Source: Octopus vulgaris (lineage: Eukaryota). From it: 64,000 bases of DNA. Below are positions 11,772 to 23,915 of this stretch, in pieces. The DNA lies in contig OX597823.1 of the NCBI GenBank assembly GCA_951406725.2, forward strand, positions 37,200,001-37,264,000, in the 5' to 3' direction. The notes beneath the pieces were generated by a model. The model searched no databases, was not told the origin of the DNA, and worked only from the letters and a program-made list of their open reading frames with translations. The stretch's first letter is position 1, and each line of letters begins with the position of its first letter. The translations under genes were made by a program, and so were the position numbers.

Positions 11772-13154
11772 GGCACAGAGAGAGGTGAGTTAAAAGCAGA
11801 TTAATCTTTTCATGTTTTTATTATATTTGAGTCAGATTAGATATGACGATCGATTTGCCTTTTTACTTCGCCAAAAATGAGTAATAGTCATCTAAAAATA
11901 GCAGTCAAGTATCTCTCAAGTTCTATCCTACCGTTTTAGAAAATGATACACTGGATAATATTGTCCTGAATGTATCTTGTCTGGGAAAATATGGAATGGT
12001 ATCAGATAGGATGCGCTCGATGATAGGTTCCTCTATTGGATCAAAACTGACCCAGGGCCAAATATCAACAAATACCAATAATTGATTTGTGTTTAAGATA
12101 AAAGTAGACTTGCATAGAAAATACAGTCGGTTGGTTTGGTGTTCCTCTGGAACTCAATACCTTCAAGTGTAAATAATGGTAAATTTTGGCACAAAACCAA
12201 CAATTTTAGACCAGGAAGAAGAGCGCCAAGCTTGAAACGGAGAACTTGGCTCAATTGCATCATTAAATATTTGTGCTTAAATGTGTGTGTATGTTGCATG
12301 CATGTTTCCACCATTATAAAATAATACATGTCTCATTGAGGAGTGGGTATATTTCATGCACCCTTGAATAAAGTGTATGAGTTTGTTTTTACCTGTGTCA
12401 CTGTGTGTGTATGCAGGAATTTATGTACATATGCGTGTTTATGGATGTATGTATGTACATAATGTATACATGTATACATTTAACACGCAAATATATTAGC
12501 AGACCAGATGCTACTTTTATGTATATCTATATATGAAAGAAAAAAATAATTTTTCTTAGGGTGTATATTTATGGAAAGTTAATTACCAATTATCAAAAGG
12601 TTTGACGGGGAAGTCAAAAGAAAAACGAAACAGCGAAGACAGGAATTATAAATCTTTGATGATATTTCCGTTGGGACTATTTTTCTTCTATCACTAATAA
12701 CTTAGATGTCTTCATCACCAGAACCTTCCCGGAAAATGTAAGACAAGGTTATAGCAATGAGAGTTAATGAATTGATTTAATTTTTACTGATCCACGTCAA
12801 CAATAGTGTGGCTCAAGATCCAATCAGCATGACCCCATGTGTCCATTCAATTTGCAACAACTAGAACGGTTAAATTGTACTCTGTCAACTTTAATAATAG
12901 AAGGATTCGGTAAATAATTTAGTCCTAACTACATTAATCTTGAAAAGAAGAATTCGTGGTTGTGGCATGAAGGATTTTACTCTCGAGCGGGTTTGTTCAG
13001 TCAAGACTGATTCTGGATTTGCAGATATTTTATTCTCGAGGAAATTGGTCGAATGACACATTCATATAGAGACATATTCGTAGAAAAAAATTGGTCGAAG
13101 AAATAAGTATAAGCAATTATAAGTTATATTTCTATATATTATTGCCCGAGTTAA

Positions 13155-13400
13155 CCCCTAGTCAACTCAGATCGAGTAAATCTATGATTAAAGGTAATCC
13201 ATGTGTGACCATCCCAATTTTTTTCACCTCGTTCCCAATTTTTTCAAAGTGTATTTAGTATTACATTATTCATCAAGTCGCTCTTTTCAAATCTGTAAAG
13301 TGTGATGTGGGAGGGGAAATTATTGTTATTTCTAGCAGGTCAAATGACCCCCTAAAACCCTTCTCGATGGTTCGCCAAAAATTCTAGTTGAAATCTTGGC
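13155..13400 (+). repeat. Old interspersed repeat (related pieces ~11880-12060, 23930-24090, 28620-28710, 44270-44330, 44540-44720, 44925-45030)
   Basis: Recurrent degenerate motif gatc..a.cta.gat.aaagg..tcc..ctgtgaccatc and tatttctagcaggtc; similarity judged by eye. Confidence 0.45.
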
Positions 13401-13457
13401 ACTTATTCAGAAAAGTTTGGTATTTGTAAATACCTCACCGCCACTATCTCTAACTTC

Positions 13458-13524
<67 letters not shown>

Positions 13525-14176
13525 AACATCAGAGATTCAGTTTTTCTTTTTTTTTCTTATTTGTCAGAAAAAGATTAGGATTACAGGATTTAAAGCTTTA
13601 TTTTAATGTGTGCGTTTAAGAACATAATTTATTTTTTCATATTTATTTCGTTTGCATTTGCTGTGTATAAGTTTAAATTTTTTTTTTCATCCTTGATAAA
13701 CTCTAACAACAGAATTTCGCATTTTCCTAACATGAAACTGAAGACTAATGCTTTCAACATTGAATTCACTTGGCTTTCGTTATTATGAAAACTAATACAG
13801 CTCTTTACAAGATACTGAAGTTGTGTACCAATGTAATTAATATAGAATAATATAATATACATATATAACATAGAAATAATATAATAATATAGTATAAATA
13901 TAGAAATAATATAAAATGTAATAACATAATAATAATCGTTTTGTGCTAAAAATATTGAATGACATGCAGCAGTATAGAATCACCAAGACTTCGCTTTTAA
14001 GAATATCGACGAAACTTCAATGTGGGACGCAGCACCACGAATGACCGCAGAATCGCCAATGCAAATAAAGTACCATCTTTCTCTAAGACACGACATTGCT
14101 GCACAAATTATTTACGTTACCCGTAGGAAGGCCCAACCAGATGGTTTTATTTCAGGCACATTAGAAGCAGAATGTC

Positions 14177-14415
14177 TTTTTTTTTTCCTTACTACCCAAA
14201 AGGGGCTAAATACAGAGGGGACAAACAAGGACAGACAAAGATATTAAGTTGATTACATCGACCCTAGTGCGTAACTGGTACTTAATTTATCGACCCCGAA
14301 AGGATGAAAGGCAAAGTCGACCTCGGCGGAATTTGAACTCGGAACGTAATGACAGATGAAATACGGCTACGCATTTCGCCCGTCGTGCTAACGTTTCTGC
14401 CAGCTCGCCGCCTTT
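14177..14415 (-). mobile_element. tRNA-derived SINE, family C, with Tx1-like 3' tail
   Basis: Head ggcggcgagctggcagaaacgttagc, B box gagttcaaatt, core ttcatcctttcggggtcgataaattaagtaccag, poly(A); TSD gaagcagaat(g/a)tc at 14164-14176 and 14418-14430. Confidence 0.9.
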
Positions 14416-15203
14416 TGGAAGCAGAATATCATTCACAACTTTAAAAATACGAAATACTAATGGAACCTTCCCCCCAAAAAAAAAACTACAATTTGATGCA
14501 AGCATAAGAGGGATACGAACCAGGACCGATAGACTGTGGTAGAGGACAATAATGTAGTGGATATAAATTTATCGTCTGGTGTTGTTGCGAAAGAATTTAT
14601 GGAATAAACGCGGAAATCATAATTCTTGTTTACCAGATCTAGAGCTTCATAGATCGGCATAAAAGCCTTGAAATGATTGGATTTTTAAAGAAAGAATAAA
14701 GCTAACAGATTTACATCCCTAAATGTGATTGATTTGTGGTAAAGGGAAATTGGTTAAATATTTCAGAGACTATTTTAGTTCGCTTAGAAAGAAATGTGTG
14801 TACACCATGCTATGTGCTTATGGCCTACACATATGCAGCCATATCTTGAAGAGGTACGCACTTCTATATTTCATGAGCACATATACATCCATACACACTC
14901 CTTCATATAAAGACAGGCTAATTCGCATATTCACAAAACTGTCTTGACCCAAAGTAAAACGCCCTGTCACTGTGTTAATGACCGGCTGGAATTCTATGAA
15001 GAATCTAAATATATTTGAAAGAAAAACGTACATAAACAAATACATACTTAGACGTATATACATTTATGTATGACGGTATAACTGCATGAATGTGTGTCTG
15101 TTTGTATATATGTATACACGTATATTTTTGTGAATACGTATCTATGTGTGAGTATAATATATATACATATATGTATATATATATATACATGTATAATACA
15201 TAT

Positions 15204-15256
<53 letters not shown>

Positions 15257-15820
15257 CATGTACACACACACGCACACACGTTTGTATGTATGTATGTATG
15301 TATGTATGTATAAACTTCACATCTGTATGTGTGATATTCAGCTGTGTGTACTTGGGTGTGGGATAATATTCCACAGTGAACAACATCTGTAAAGAAATGT
15401 TCATATCAACATCTTCCCAGAAATATGTCTTGTAATAAATAATATATCGAATGGTGGAGACGCTGTCTTCAGATACCGTATTAGTAACAGGATAGCCTGC
15501 TGGATTTGCACAATTCTAATTATACCTTCTTATGTAAATATGAAACTTATCGCCATAATTAAAGATATATGATATATGTATGTAGTTAAATAGCGTATAT
15601 ATAGATATATATGAGTGTGTATATGCGGTGTGTGTGTGTTTGTGTGTGTGTGTCTGTGTGTGTTTGTGTGTGTGTGTGTGTGTGCGTGCGTGTGAGTGTA
15701 ATTATTATTCTGTTCTTTGTTCCTTCACCGATCTTCATTACTTTTTTCATCTCCATCAACTTCTTTTTCTATATTATTCTTGTTTTACTTCTTGAAAAAA
15801 TATTATTATTATCATCATTA

Positions 15821-15872
<52 letters not shown>

Positions 15873-15907
15873 CATCATTATCATCATCATAATTATTGTT
15901 ATTATTA

Positions 15908-15939
<32 letters not shown>

Positions 15940-16222
15940 GCAGTTGTTATTATTCTTTTTCTTCTTCTTCCTCTTCTTCTTCTCATTATTTTACTATTAT
16001 TAGTGGTGGTAGTAGTAGCAGCAATTATAGTTGTTGCTGTTGTAACATTTTTCTTCTTATGAAGAAAACGAGAAGACATTTCGAATCCTTGGCCTATATC
16101 TTCATAGTAAAATTATGACTTATGTACTTTACACTTCTGTTATATATAATTTTTACGCGTACATAATTATATTAGCATTCTGGCCGGCTACCTAGCAGGC
16201 CAGCCCTGCCAATATACACATA

Positions 16223-16305
<83 letters not shown>

Positions 16306-16334
16306 CATATATATATACATATATATATGTATGC

Positions 16335-16387
<53 letters not shown>

Positions 16388-16424
16388 CATATATATATAT
16401 ACATATATATATATATATGTATGC

Positions 16425-16495
<71 letters not shown>

Positions 16496-16803
16496 CATAT
16501 ATCTATATATACATATAATTAATTAATAAGGGTGAGAGAATTAGATACTAATTTAATAGTATACCCATTCAACACCAAGTGGCCCAGTGCCCCGAGAAAC
16601 CTGGATTATTATAATATTTTATAACATATTATAATATTTTATACAAAAATAAATATAAGAGAGTGGTCACTATGTGGCTCACTCTAGCACTAGTAATAGA
16701 TCCAATAGGTTTCAACCACAAAAATACATGTTTCCCATGAAAGTCAGTACGATTGTTAGCTCACACGAACAGGGCAAATAAAAAATAACAAAAGTACAGA
16801 TTA

Positions 16804-16883
16804 TTTTGGGACAATTGTTTCGCTATTAATGAATTAAATGTAATTTTACTCACAATAACTCACTTGTAGCTCCTCAGCCAAAA
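16804..16883 (-). ncRNA. Type I hammerhead ribozyme (mirror copy)
   Basis: Reverse complement of 17146-17225. Confidence 0.8.
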
Positions 16884-17145
16884 CTATCTGGATGAAATCC
16901 ACTCAATCACACGCCAGATTTTACCATAACGATAAATACACGTGTGGTTCAATTGATTACACCCGACGTTATAATTCAAATGCCCCTACCAACATTCTAA
17001 ATGTAGTATCTGTTTCCGTGAAAGTTTGGCGCGCTGTTGGTAGGGGCATTTGAATTATAACGTCGGGTGTAATCAATTGAACCACACGTGTATTTATCGT
17101 TATGGTAAAATCTGGCGTGTGATTGAGTGGATTTCATCCAGATAG

Positions 17146-17225
17146 TTTTGGCTGAGGAGCTACAAGTGAGTTATTGTGAGTAAAATTACATTTAATTCAT
17201 TAATAGCGAAACAATTGTCCCAAAA
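17146..17225 (+). ncRNA. Type I hammerhead ribozyme, intact core
   Basis: ttttgg-CTGAGGA-gcta...tagc-GAAA-caattg-TC-ccaaaa: 6-bp stem I, 4-bp stem II with a long loop, palindromic minimal stem III, GUC cleavage triplet. Confidence 0.8.
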
Positions 17226-17384
17226 TAATCTGTATTTTTGTTATTTTTTATTTGCCCTGTTCGTGTGAGCTAACAATCGTACTGACTTTCATGGGAAACA
17301 TGTATTTTTGTGGTTGAAACCTATTGGATCTATTACTAGTGCTAGAGTGAGCCACATAGTGACCACTCTCTTATATTTATTTTT

Positions 17385-17960
<576 letters not shown>

Positions 17961-18853
17961 TTAAAATTTAATAAGGGTATAAATTGATATTAATCAATTA
18001 AAACCAGTGGCCCAGCATATTAAAAAAATCCGAAGATTAAAATATTTTTACATACAAAATTTAAAGGACTGAACACTAAAAGTGGACGGTCAACATGCTA
18101 GATATAGACGTCAAATCGCTATTTTCCACAAAGAATATGTTCTCAAATAAAAACTCAGCACAAACCAAAGCATTAAAAATAAGCAAGACAAATGAAAATA
18201 TACGAAATAAAAAATGATTACCCATGTACCGATTAGTTTCGATTGTTGTGAGGGCGCGTGGCTTAGTGGTTAGGGCATTCGGCTCATGATCGTAAGGTTG
18301 TGAGTTCGATTCCCGGCGACGCGTTGTGTCCTTGAGCAAGACACTTTATTTCACGTTGCTCCAGTCCACTCAGCTGGCAAAAATGAGTTGTACTTGTATT
18401 TCAAAGGGTCAGCCTTGTCACTCTCTGTGTCACGCTGATTATCCCCGAGAACTACGTTAAGGGTACACGTGTCTATGGAATGCTCAGCCATTTGCACGTT
18501 AATTTCACGAGCAAGCTGTTCCGTTGATCGTATCAGCTGGGACCCTCGTCGTCGTAACCGGCGGAGTCTTTAAAATAAGTTTCGATTGTTAATATCCGCA
18601 AGGATAAACTGCAATCTCGTCAGCATGGTCTGTCATATAGAAATACAATTTGCAGGACTAGATGCAAAAACGTTTGACCGGAGTCTCGCATGCATGGAGT
18701 CCAACCGATTATATTTTTGTGTATCTTTCAAATGCCTTCACTTCGGCGCGCTGAGATCGGAAAAACTACCCTGCAGCTAATAAGTAGCAGCAGTCAATTT
18801 ACCGGTTAGAGAACATATTTATTTAATTTAAAATTTAATAAGGGTATAAATTG

Positions 18854-18857
<4 letters not shown>
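17961..18857 (-). mobile_element. ~524-bp hammerhead-containing unit with 30-bp terminal redundancy, interrupted by a SINE
   Basis: ttaaaatttaataagggtataaattgatat at 17961-17990 and 18828-18857; with the SINE removed the minus strand reads ccatg-CTGACGA-gattg..caatc-GAAA-ctaatcgg-TA-catgg. Confidence 0.8.
18248..18577 (+). mobile_element. tRNA-derived SINE, family A, full length
   Basis: A and B boxes (tggcttagtgg, gagttcgattccc); 13-bp TSD agtttcgattgtt at 18235-18247 and 18578-18590. Confidence 0.92.
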
Positions 18858-18888
<31 letters not shown>

Positions 18889-18896
18889 CATATAGT

Positions 18897-19215
18897 GAAA
18901 GTGCGTGGCTCAGTGGTTAGAGTTTCGAGGTTGTGAGCTCGAATCCCGGACCGGGCTGCGTGTTGTGTTCTTGAGCAAGACACTTAATTTCCCGTTGCTC
19001 CAGTTCACTCAGCTCTAGAAATGAGTTGCGACGTCACAGGTGCCAAGCTGTATCGGCCTTCACCTTTCACTTGGATAATACTGGTGGCGTGGAGAAGGGA
19101 GGCTGGTATGCATGGACGACTACTGGTCTTCCATAAAATAACCTCGCCCGGACTTATGCCTAGGAAGGTAACTTTCCAGGTGCAATCCCATGGTCAGTCA
19201 TGACCGAAGGTGGAG
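18897..19215 (+). mobile_element. tRNA-derived SINE related to family A, with a different 3' body
   Basis: gcgtggctcagtggttag..ctcgaatccc..ttcttgagcaagacactt..gttgctccagttcactcagc, then divergent sequence. Confidence 0.8.
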
Positions 19216-19234
19216 CTCAGCATATATATATATA

Positions 19235-19396
19235 GGCGCAGGAATGGCTCTGTGGTAAGAAGCTTGCTTCTCAACCACATTATTCCAGGTTCAGTCCCAC
19301 TGCATGGCACCTGGGGCAAGTGTCTTCTACTATAGCCTCGGGCAGACCAAAACCTTTTGAGTAGATTTGATAGACGGAAACTGAAAGAAGACAGTC

Positions 19397-19476
<80 letters not shown>

Positions 19477-19479
19477 ATG

Positions 19480-19513
<34 letters not shown>

Positions 19514-19652
19514 TGTATGTATGTATGTATGTATGTATGTATGTGTGTGTAGCTGTTTGTCCCTCCGCCATCACTAAACTTACAAAGATTTCTTCGACTA
19601 AAGTCGGTGCTCCAGCATAGCCGTAGTCAAATGACTGAAACACATAAAAGAA
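19235..19652 (+). mobile_element. tRNA-derived SINE, family B (internal microsatellite, CR1-type tail)
   Basis: Head ggcgcagga.tggct.tgtggtaagaagcttgcttc, ggttcagtccc; tail ggtgctccagcat.gccg.agtcaaatgactgaaac. Confidence 0.88.
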
Positions 19653-19712
19653 TTAAAAAATTATATATATATATATATATATATGTGCGTGCGTGCGTGC
19701 GTGCGTGCGGGC

Positions 19713-19759
<47 letters not shown>

Positions 19760-19766
19760 TGTGTGT

Positions 19767-22700
19767 GAGGTCGCTCTTGAGCGCTACTGGTAACATGTAA
19801 CTGAATACAACCTGTGGCATGGGCGGGTCGTCGGCGACTAAAGTGACAACATCCAAGTTTGCTGAGGAGGGTGATTGTTGGACAGCCTGCAGGACGAAAA
19901 ATAAGACCTCACAAAGCAAAAACCCAATAGACATTCCCCTTCCCAATCCAAACCGCTCAGACCTTTCGAGTGCTGAGGTCGAGAAGTGATGGCGCACAGT
20001 CGCCACAAAAAAAAAAGATGAAGAAAAACTGCAGAACCATCAAAAGTGGGGAGGCGCAAGCAGGTCGAGCCACCCAACAGCAGTAATACTCACACACACA
20101 CAACAACCAACAACAGCACCAACACCAGCACCACTTTCACCAGCACTACCACCTCAAACACTGACAACAGTATAAACACCAACATACTCCACAAGCACTA
20201 CCAACCTCATAGCCATAGACACTAATAATGCAGAACTAATCACGCGCCTTAAAAATCACACAGACACTACCATGGAAAACTTTGTTTTCTCTATACACAA
20301 CGTACCATCACCATACATATAAATACTAAAAATAAGCGAAAACGTCTACAACACATTAAAAACACAATTCCTAGACGCTGTTATGTCGTTTCAAAAAGTT
20401 TTTTGCAAAAAGCTGTACAAAAGTCTACTCGTAGGAACACCTGCATCAAAGAATGTGGAGGCCATCCCACTACAAAACAGCGGTAAGTAACTCTTTCCTT
20501 AATTGTAATTTTTTTCTCAACATGGTCTTGCTCAAGATTGGTTGTTTAAATGCTCGGGGCCTCGAGTCACCTTGGAAACAAGGTCACCGACCTGAGGTCC
20601 CTTAGTGTAAACGTAGTAGCTATTAGTGAAACCAGACTTTCCGAACCGCAGGCCTTCATGACCCTCTTCGCTGGATACAAAATCTACCTATCTCTGTGTC
20701 TTCCGGGAGGGGGCGGTGATGGTACTGTAGTGCTTTTCCGGAAAGGTCTGGATTTGAAAATAAAAGCAATCTTACTGTATCCAGAAGGTAAGTTGGTGGT
20801 CCTGGATGTGAACAGCTGTGACTGCGCGCCTTCAGACTAGTGGCTGTCTATGGTCCGACTGAGGCAGGACGGCCGGATAACTTCAAGTGTCTGGAGGTTT
20901 TCCTGGGAATATCTCGAATTTTAGTGTTAGTAAGGGATTGGAACACTTAGATGGACGTTTCGATTGCGTGGGACTATCTGATAGGAGAGGGAGTGCAAAA
21001 GCCTCACAAACCTGCTCAGACATTTCCAACTGTCTGACAGGTAAAGACTAGAATACTTGAATGTGCCAATGTGTACTTGCACAAATCGCATCGGGTCATC
21101 TTGTTCGTATTTAGATAGAGTTTTTCCTGTAGGTTAGCGGATAAGGATAGCATAGGTTGTTCACATTTTCACATGGTCGGCAACACAGACCACAAATTCA
21201 TGATCTGTACGGTCAACCTAGATATGCTTCGTAGACAGGGCCCCGGTTACTGGAAGCTCAACATGTCGTTACCGGCGTGCCAAGCTTACAGTAACTGGAT
21301 TAGCGTATTAGTTAAGAGGACGTTGACGGGGGAAATCGGCAACAACAACTGGTGGTTTGTTCTTAAAAGGGCAATTAGAGTAGAATCCATTAGGTTTAGT
21401 AAGGCTTTAGCGGTAGAAAGAAATAGAATAGAGTGAGATTTAGTTAGAAAGTTAGATGAGGCACTTAGGAAAGGCATCGCAACTGACGTATTGGTGGCAA
21501 GGTTGGTCCTCGAACAATTTTTCGGCGCCATACACGAAGGCTCTGTTGTTAGAGCTAAGGCACGTTCACTAAGCGGAAAGGGAACGAAAGCTGCTCGATG
21601 GAACTTAGTGGTGGATGCAAAATGTGGCAACACTGCTACCATTCGGCCTTTGGTAGACAAGAACGGACGCGATATGTTTGAACCGAAGCAGATGTGTGCG
21701 GCTTTTCAACAGCACTTTGCTCGACTGTTCGGGACGAGTGGTAGAACAGGTAAGAGGGCAGATTTCGGTGTCTACCTGGACGGCCTACCGTTACTCTCAG
21801 CGAGCGAGTTGAAGCGCTGCGAAAGGCCGATAACAGCCGCGGAAATATAGGAAGCGATGAAGTGCTGCACGAGAGGCAGATCGTCGGGATTGGATGGTCT
21901 GCGCTACGAACTTTATATTTCGATGCCAGACTTGTTTGGAGGCATCTTAGCAAATATCTACAGAAACTAGCAGCAGAATGGGAGAATTCCCAGTTTTGTC
22001 TATCGAGGGATGGCGGCACTGCTAAGAAAGGACCAAAACAAGGGAGACATTATACAAAATTTCAGGTCCATCACTCTGCTCAATGCAGAGTTGAAGATTT
22101 TGGCCAAGGTGTTAGCCAAGAGGTTGGCGCTTGTTGTGGACAAGCTGATTGACGAGGCGCAACCATGCGCCATCCCGACCAGACTATTCGCGACAACCTC
22201 CACCTCATGCGCTGCATCATAGAGAAGATGGGTAACGAAGCTGGCATGGGTGGGGATCTGATCAATTTAGATCAATCTAAAGCCTTCGATAGGGTCGACC
22301 ACCAATATTTGGCGGCTGTTCTCGCGGCAGCCGGTTCAGTTTTCCGCGTTGGATCACTGTCGAAACAGCGTCGTTGGGCGCTGGACAGACGGTCTAGTTA
22401 AATTACTCGGGGTCTGGTTCGGTCCAGATTTCCAGGTAGAGAAAGACAAAGAGAAGGTGACGAACAGGATAGCCAATCTCACCTAGAAATGGGCCGAGAG
22501 GAAGCTGTCCCTGAAAGGTCGAGCCGAGGTGGCGAATGCGTACGTCACATCCATCTTCTATTACTGCTTGACCGTCGTCTCTAGCTCTTTATTTTAACTG
22601 AATAAGCTAGTCCGCATTATCTTCGGCTTTTTGTGGAGGAGTCATGTTCTGCTGGTAAGGCGCTCCATCTGCTGTCAACAGCCGCTGAATGGGGTCCTAA

Positions 22701-23450
22701 ACATGCTGTGATTGCTGATACGCAGAGATGCGCTCAGGCTACATCTCCAGCGTTTCCTTGACGGTGAGTAGGTGTGGTCACCGTTTGTTAGACTCGCTCT
22801 CCCACAACTCGTCTCTTTGACTGAGCTTCAATCCTGGATTAGGCACAAACCTATGAGGGGCGCTTGTCACCTCGAGTGCCATCAAGCGCTCACAATCCTC
22901 CGCCAGGCGAGCAATGCGGTCGGTGGTAGTTCTACTCTAGCGTTCTATAGAGGGTTAAAGGAGAAAAAGTAAGACGACGTTCTCGGGGAAACTCTGGGTG
23001 TCGATGAAGATGAACTCACCAGCCTGCTCCGGAGGACTTTCGGGACGGAGCCTATGGATAACTTCCAGAAATTCCTCGCCTGGTCGTTCTACCGAGGGGT
23101 GCTGCCCGTTCGGGATAAATTTTACAGGCACGGAAGTGCCGTCAGCCGGAACTACTCGAGATGTACGCAGACGGACGAAACCGTTCTACACGCACTCGTC
23201 CTGTGCCCGAGGATTGCTGACCTGCGGGTTTATGTCGAACACCTGCTGTCGCCTGTGGGGCGTATCCGGCTATCAGCTGAATCCATAGTGAAGGTTTCCC
23301 CGCCATCTTCCTTTGGTCGGGAGGGGCAGGCAAATTTTATTTGTCTAGCGGCTGTAGCAAATGAGGGAGTATGGTGGACATGTTTGAAGGGGCTAAAGAC
23401 AGACACTTTCCTCTTTGGCCAAGGCCTCATAAACGCGGCCATTCTTTTTT
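19767..23450 (+). mobile_element. Decayed Tx1/L1-clade LINE (ORF1 remnant, APE endonuclease, partial RT, C-terminal Cys/His domain)
   Basis: ORF2 starts MVLLKIGCLNARGL at 20522; AISETRL, SYLDRV, TDHK, GPGYWKLN; NFRSITLLNAELKILAKVLAKRL; DQSKAFDRVDH; RCTQTDETVLHALVLCP; many stops and frameshifts; YADD region deleted near 22360. Confidence 0.92.
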
Positions 23451-23689
23451 CTTAAGCAGGATGGGAACGGTTTCGCAATAGCGTGTCGGAAAATAGGAAA
23501 ATTCGAGTTGAATGACGCTAAGGTGCATTTAACAAAGACTGGTAGAACAGCTTTCATTAACACACCGGAAGAAGTGCAAGAAGACACTAAGAAGAAAATC
23601 ATTATATATAAATGTATATAATTAAAGACGAGGAGCATGCACAGGTAACACACCCGAGAAAAAGTAAAACACCTACACCACCGTAATCT

Positions 23690-23915
23690 CGAGAAGTCTC
23701 GCTCACACCACTCTAACAGACCACTTGCCTAGAAAGACTAGCTCATCACTCCATCCAAGTTCTTGTCCACCTGGAGATCTGGAACAAACCAAATCCCGAG
23801 CAATTAAACTCGTTCGTCCGTATAGCGCTCTACGACAGTTGGATTGCATAAACTTGCTTCTCCGGGTGCTGAGCGGCAAGCTAAAGAAATTCTAGTTAAT
23901 TTTGGCTCCTGACTA
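23690..23915 (-). mobile_element. Tx1 ORF2 fragment
   Basis: GAKIN...LLGIWFVPDLQVDKN, homologous to the post-RT region of the other two Tx1 copies. Confidence 0.6.

Larger units (their letters stand above)
16520..17384. mobile_element. Head-to-head inverted hammerhead-bearing (Penelope pLTR/retrozyme-like) element
   Basis: 350-bp arms at 16645-16994 and 17035-17384, 40-bp spacer, one mismatch noticed; distantly related to 17961-18857; flanked by (TA)n. Confidence 0.85.

Noticed and set aside
11230-13150. Relatively repeat-poor stretch as a possible host exon (likewise ~34.4-35.6 kb, 46-48.5 kb, 57.6-59.5 kb)
   Set aside because: No ORF with recognisable protein features or clear splice pattern; short exons cannot be excluded without RNA-seq.
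18248-18320. SINE heads as tRNA genes
   Set aside because: They continue into SINE bodies with TSDs and lack complete acceptor stems.
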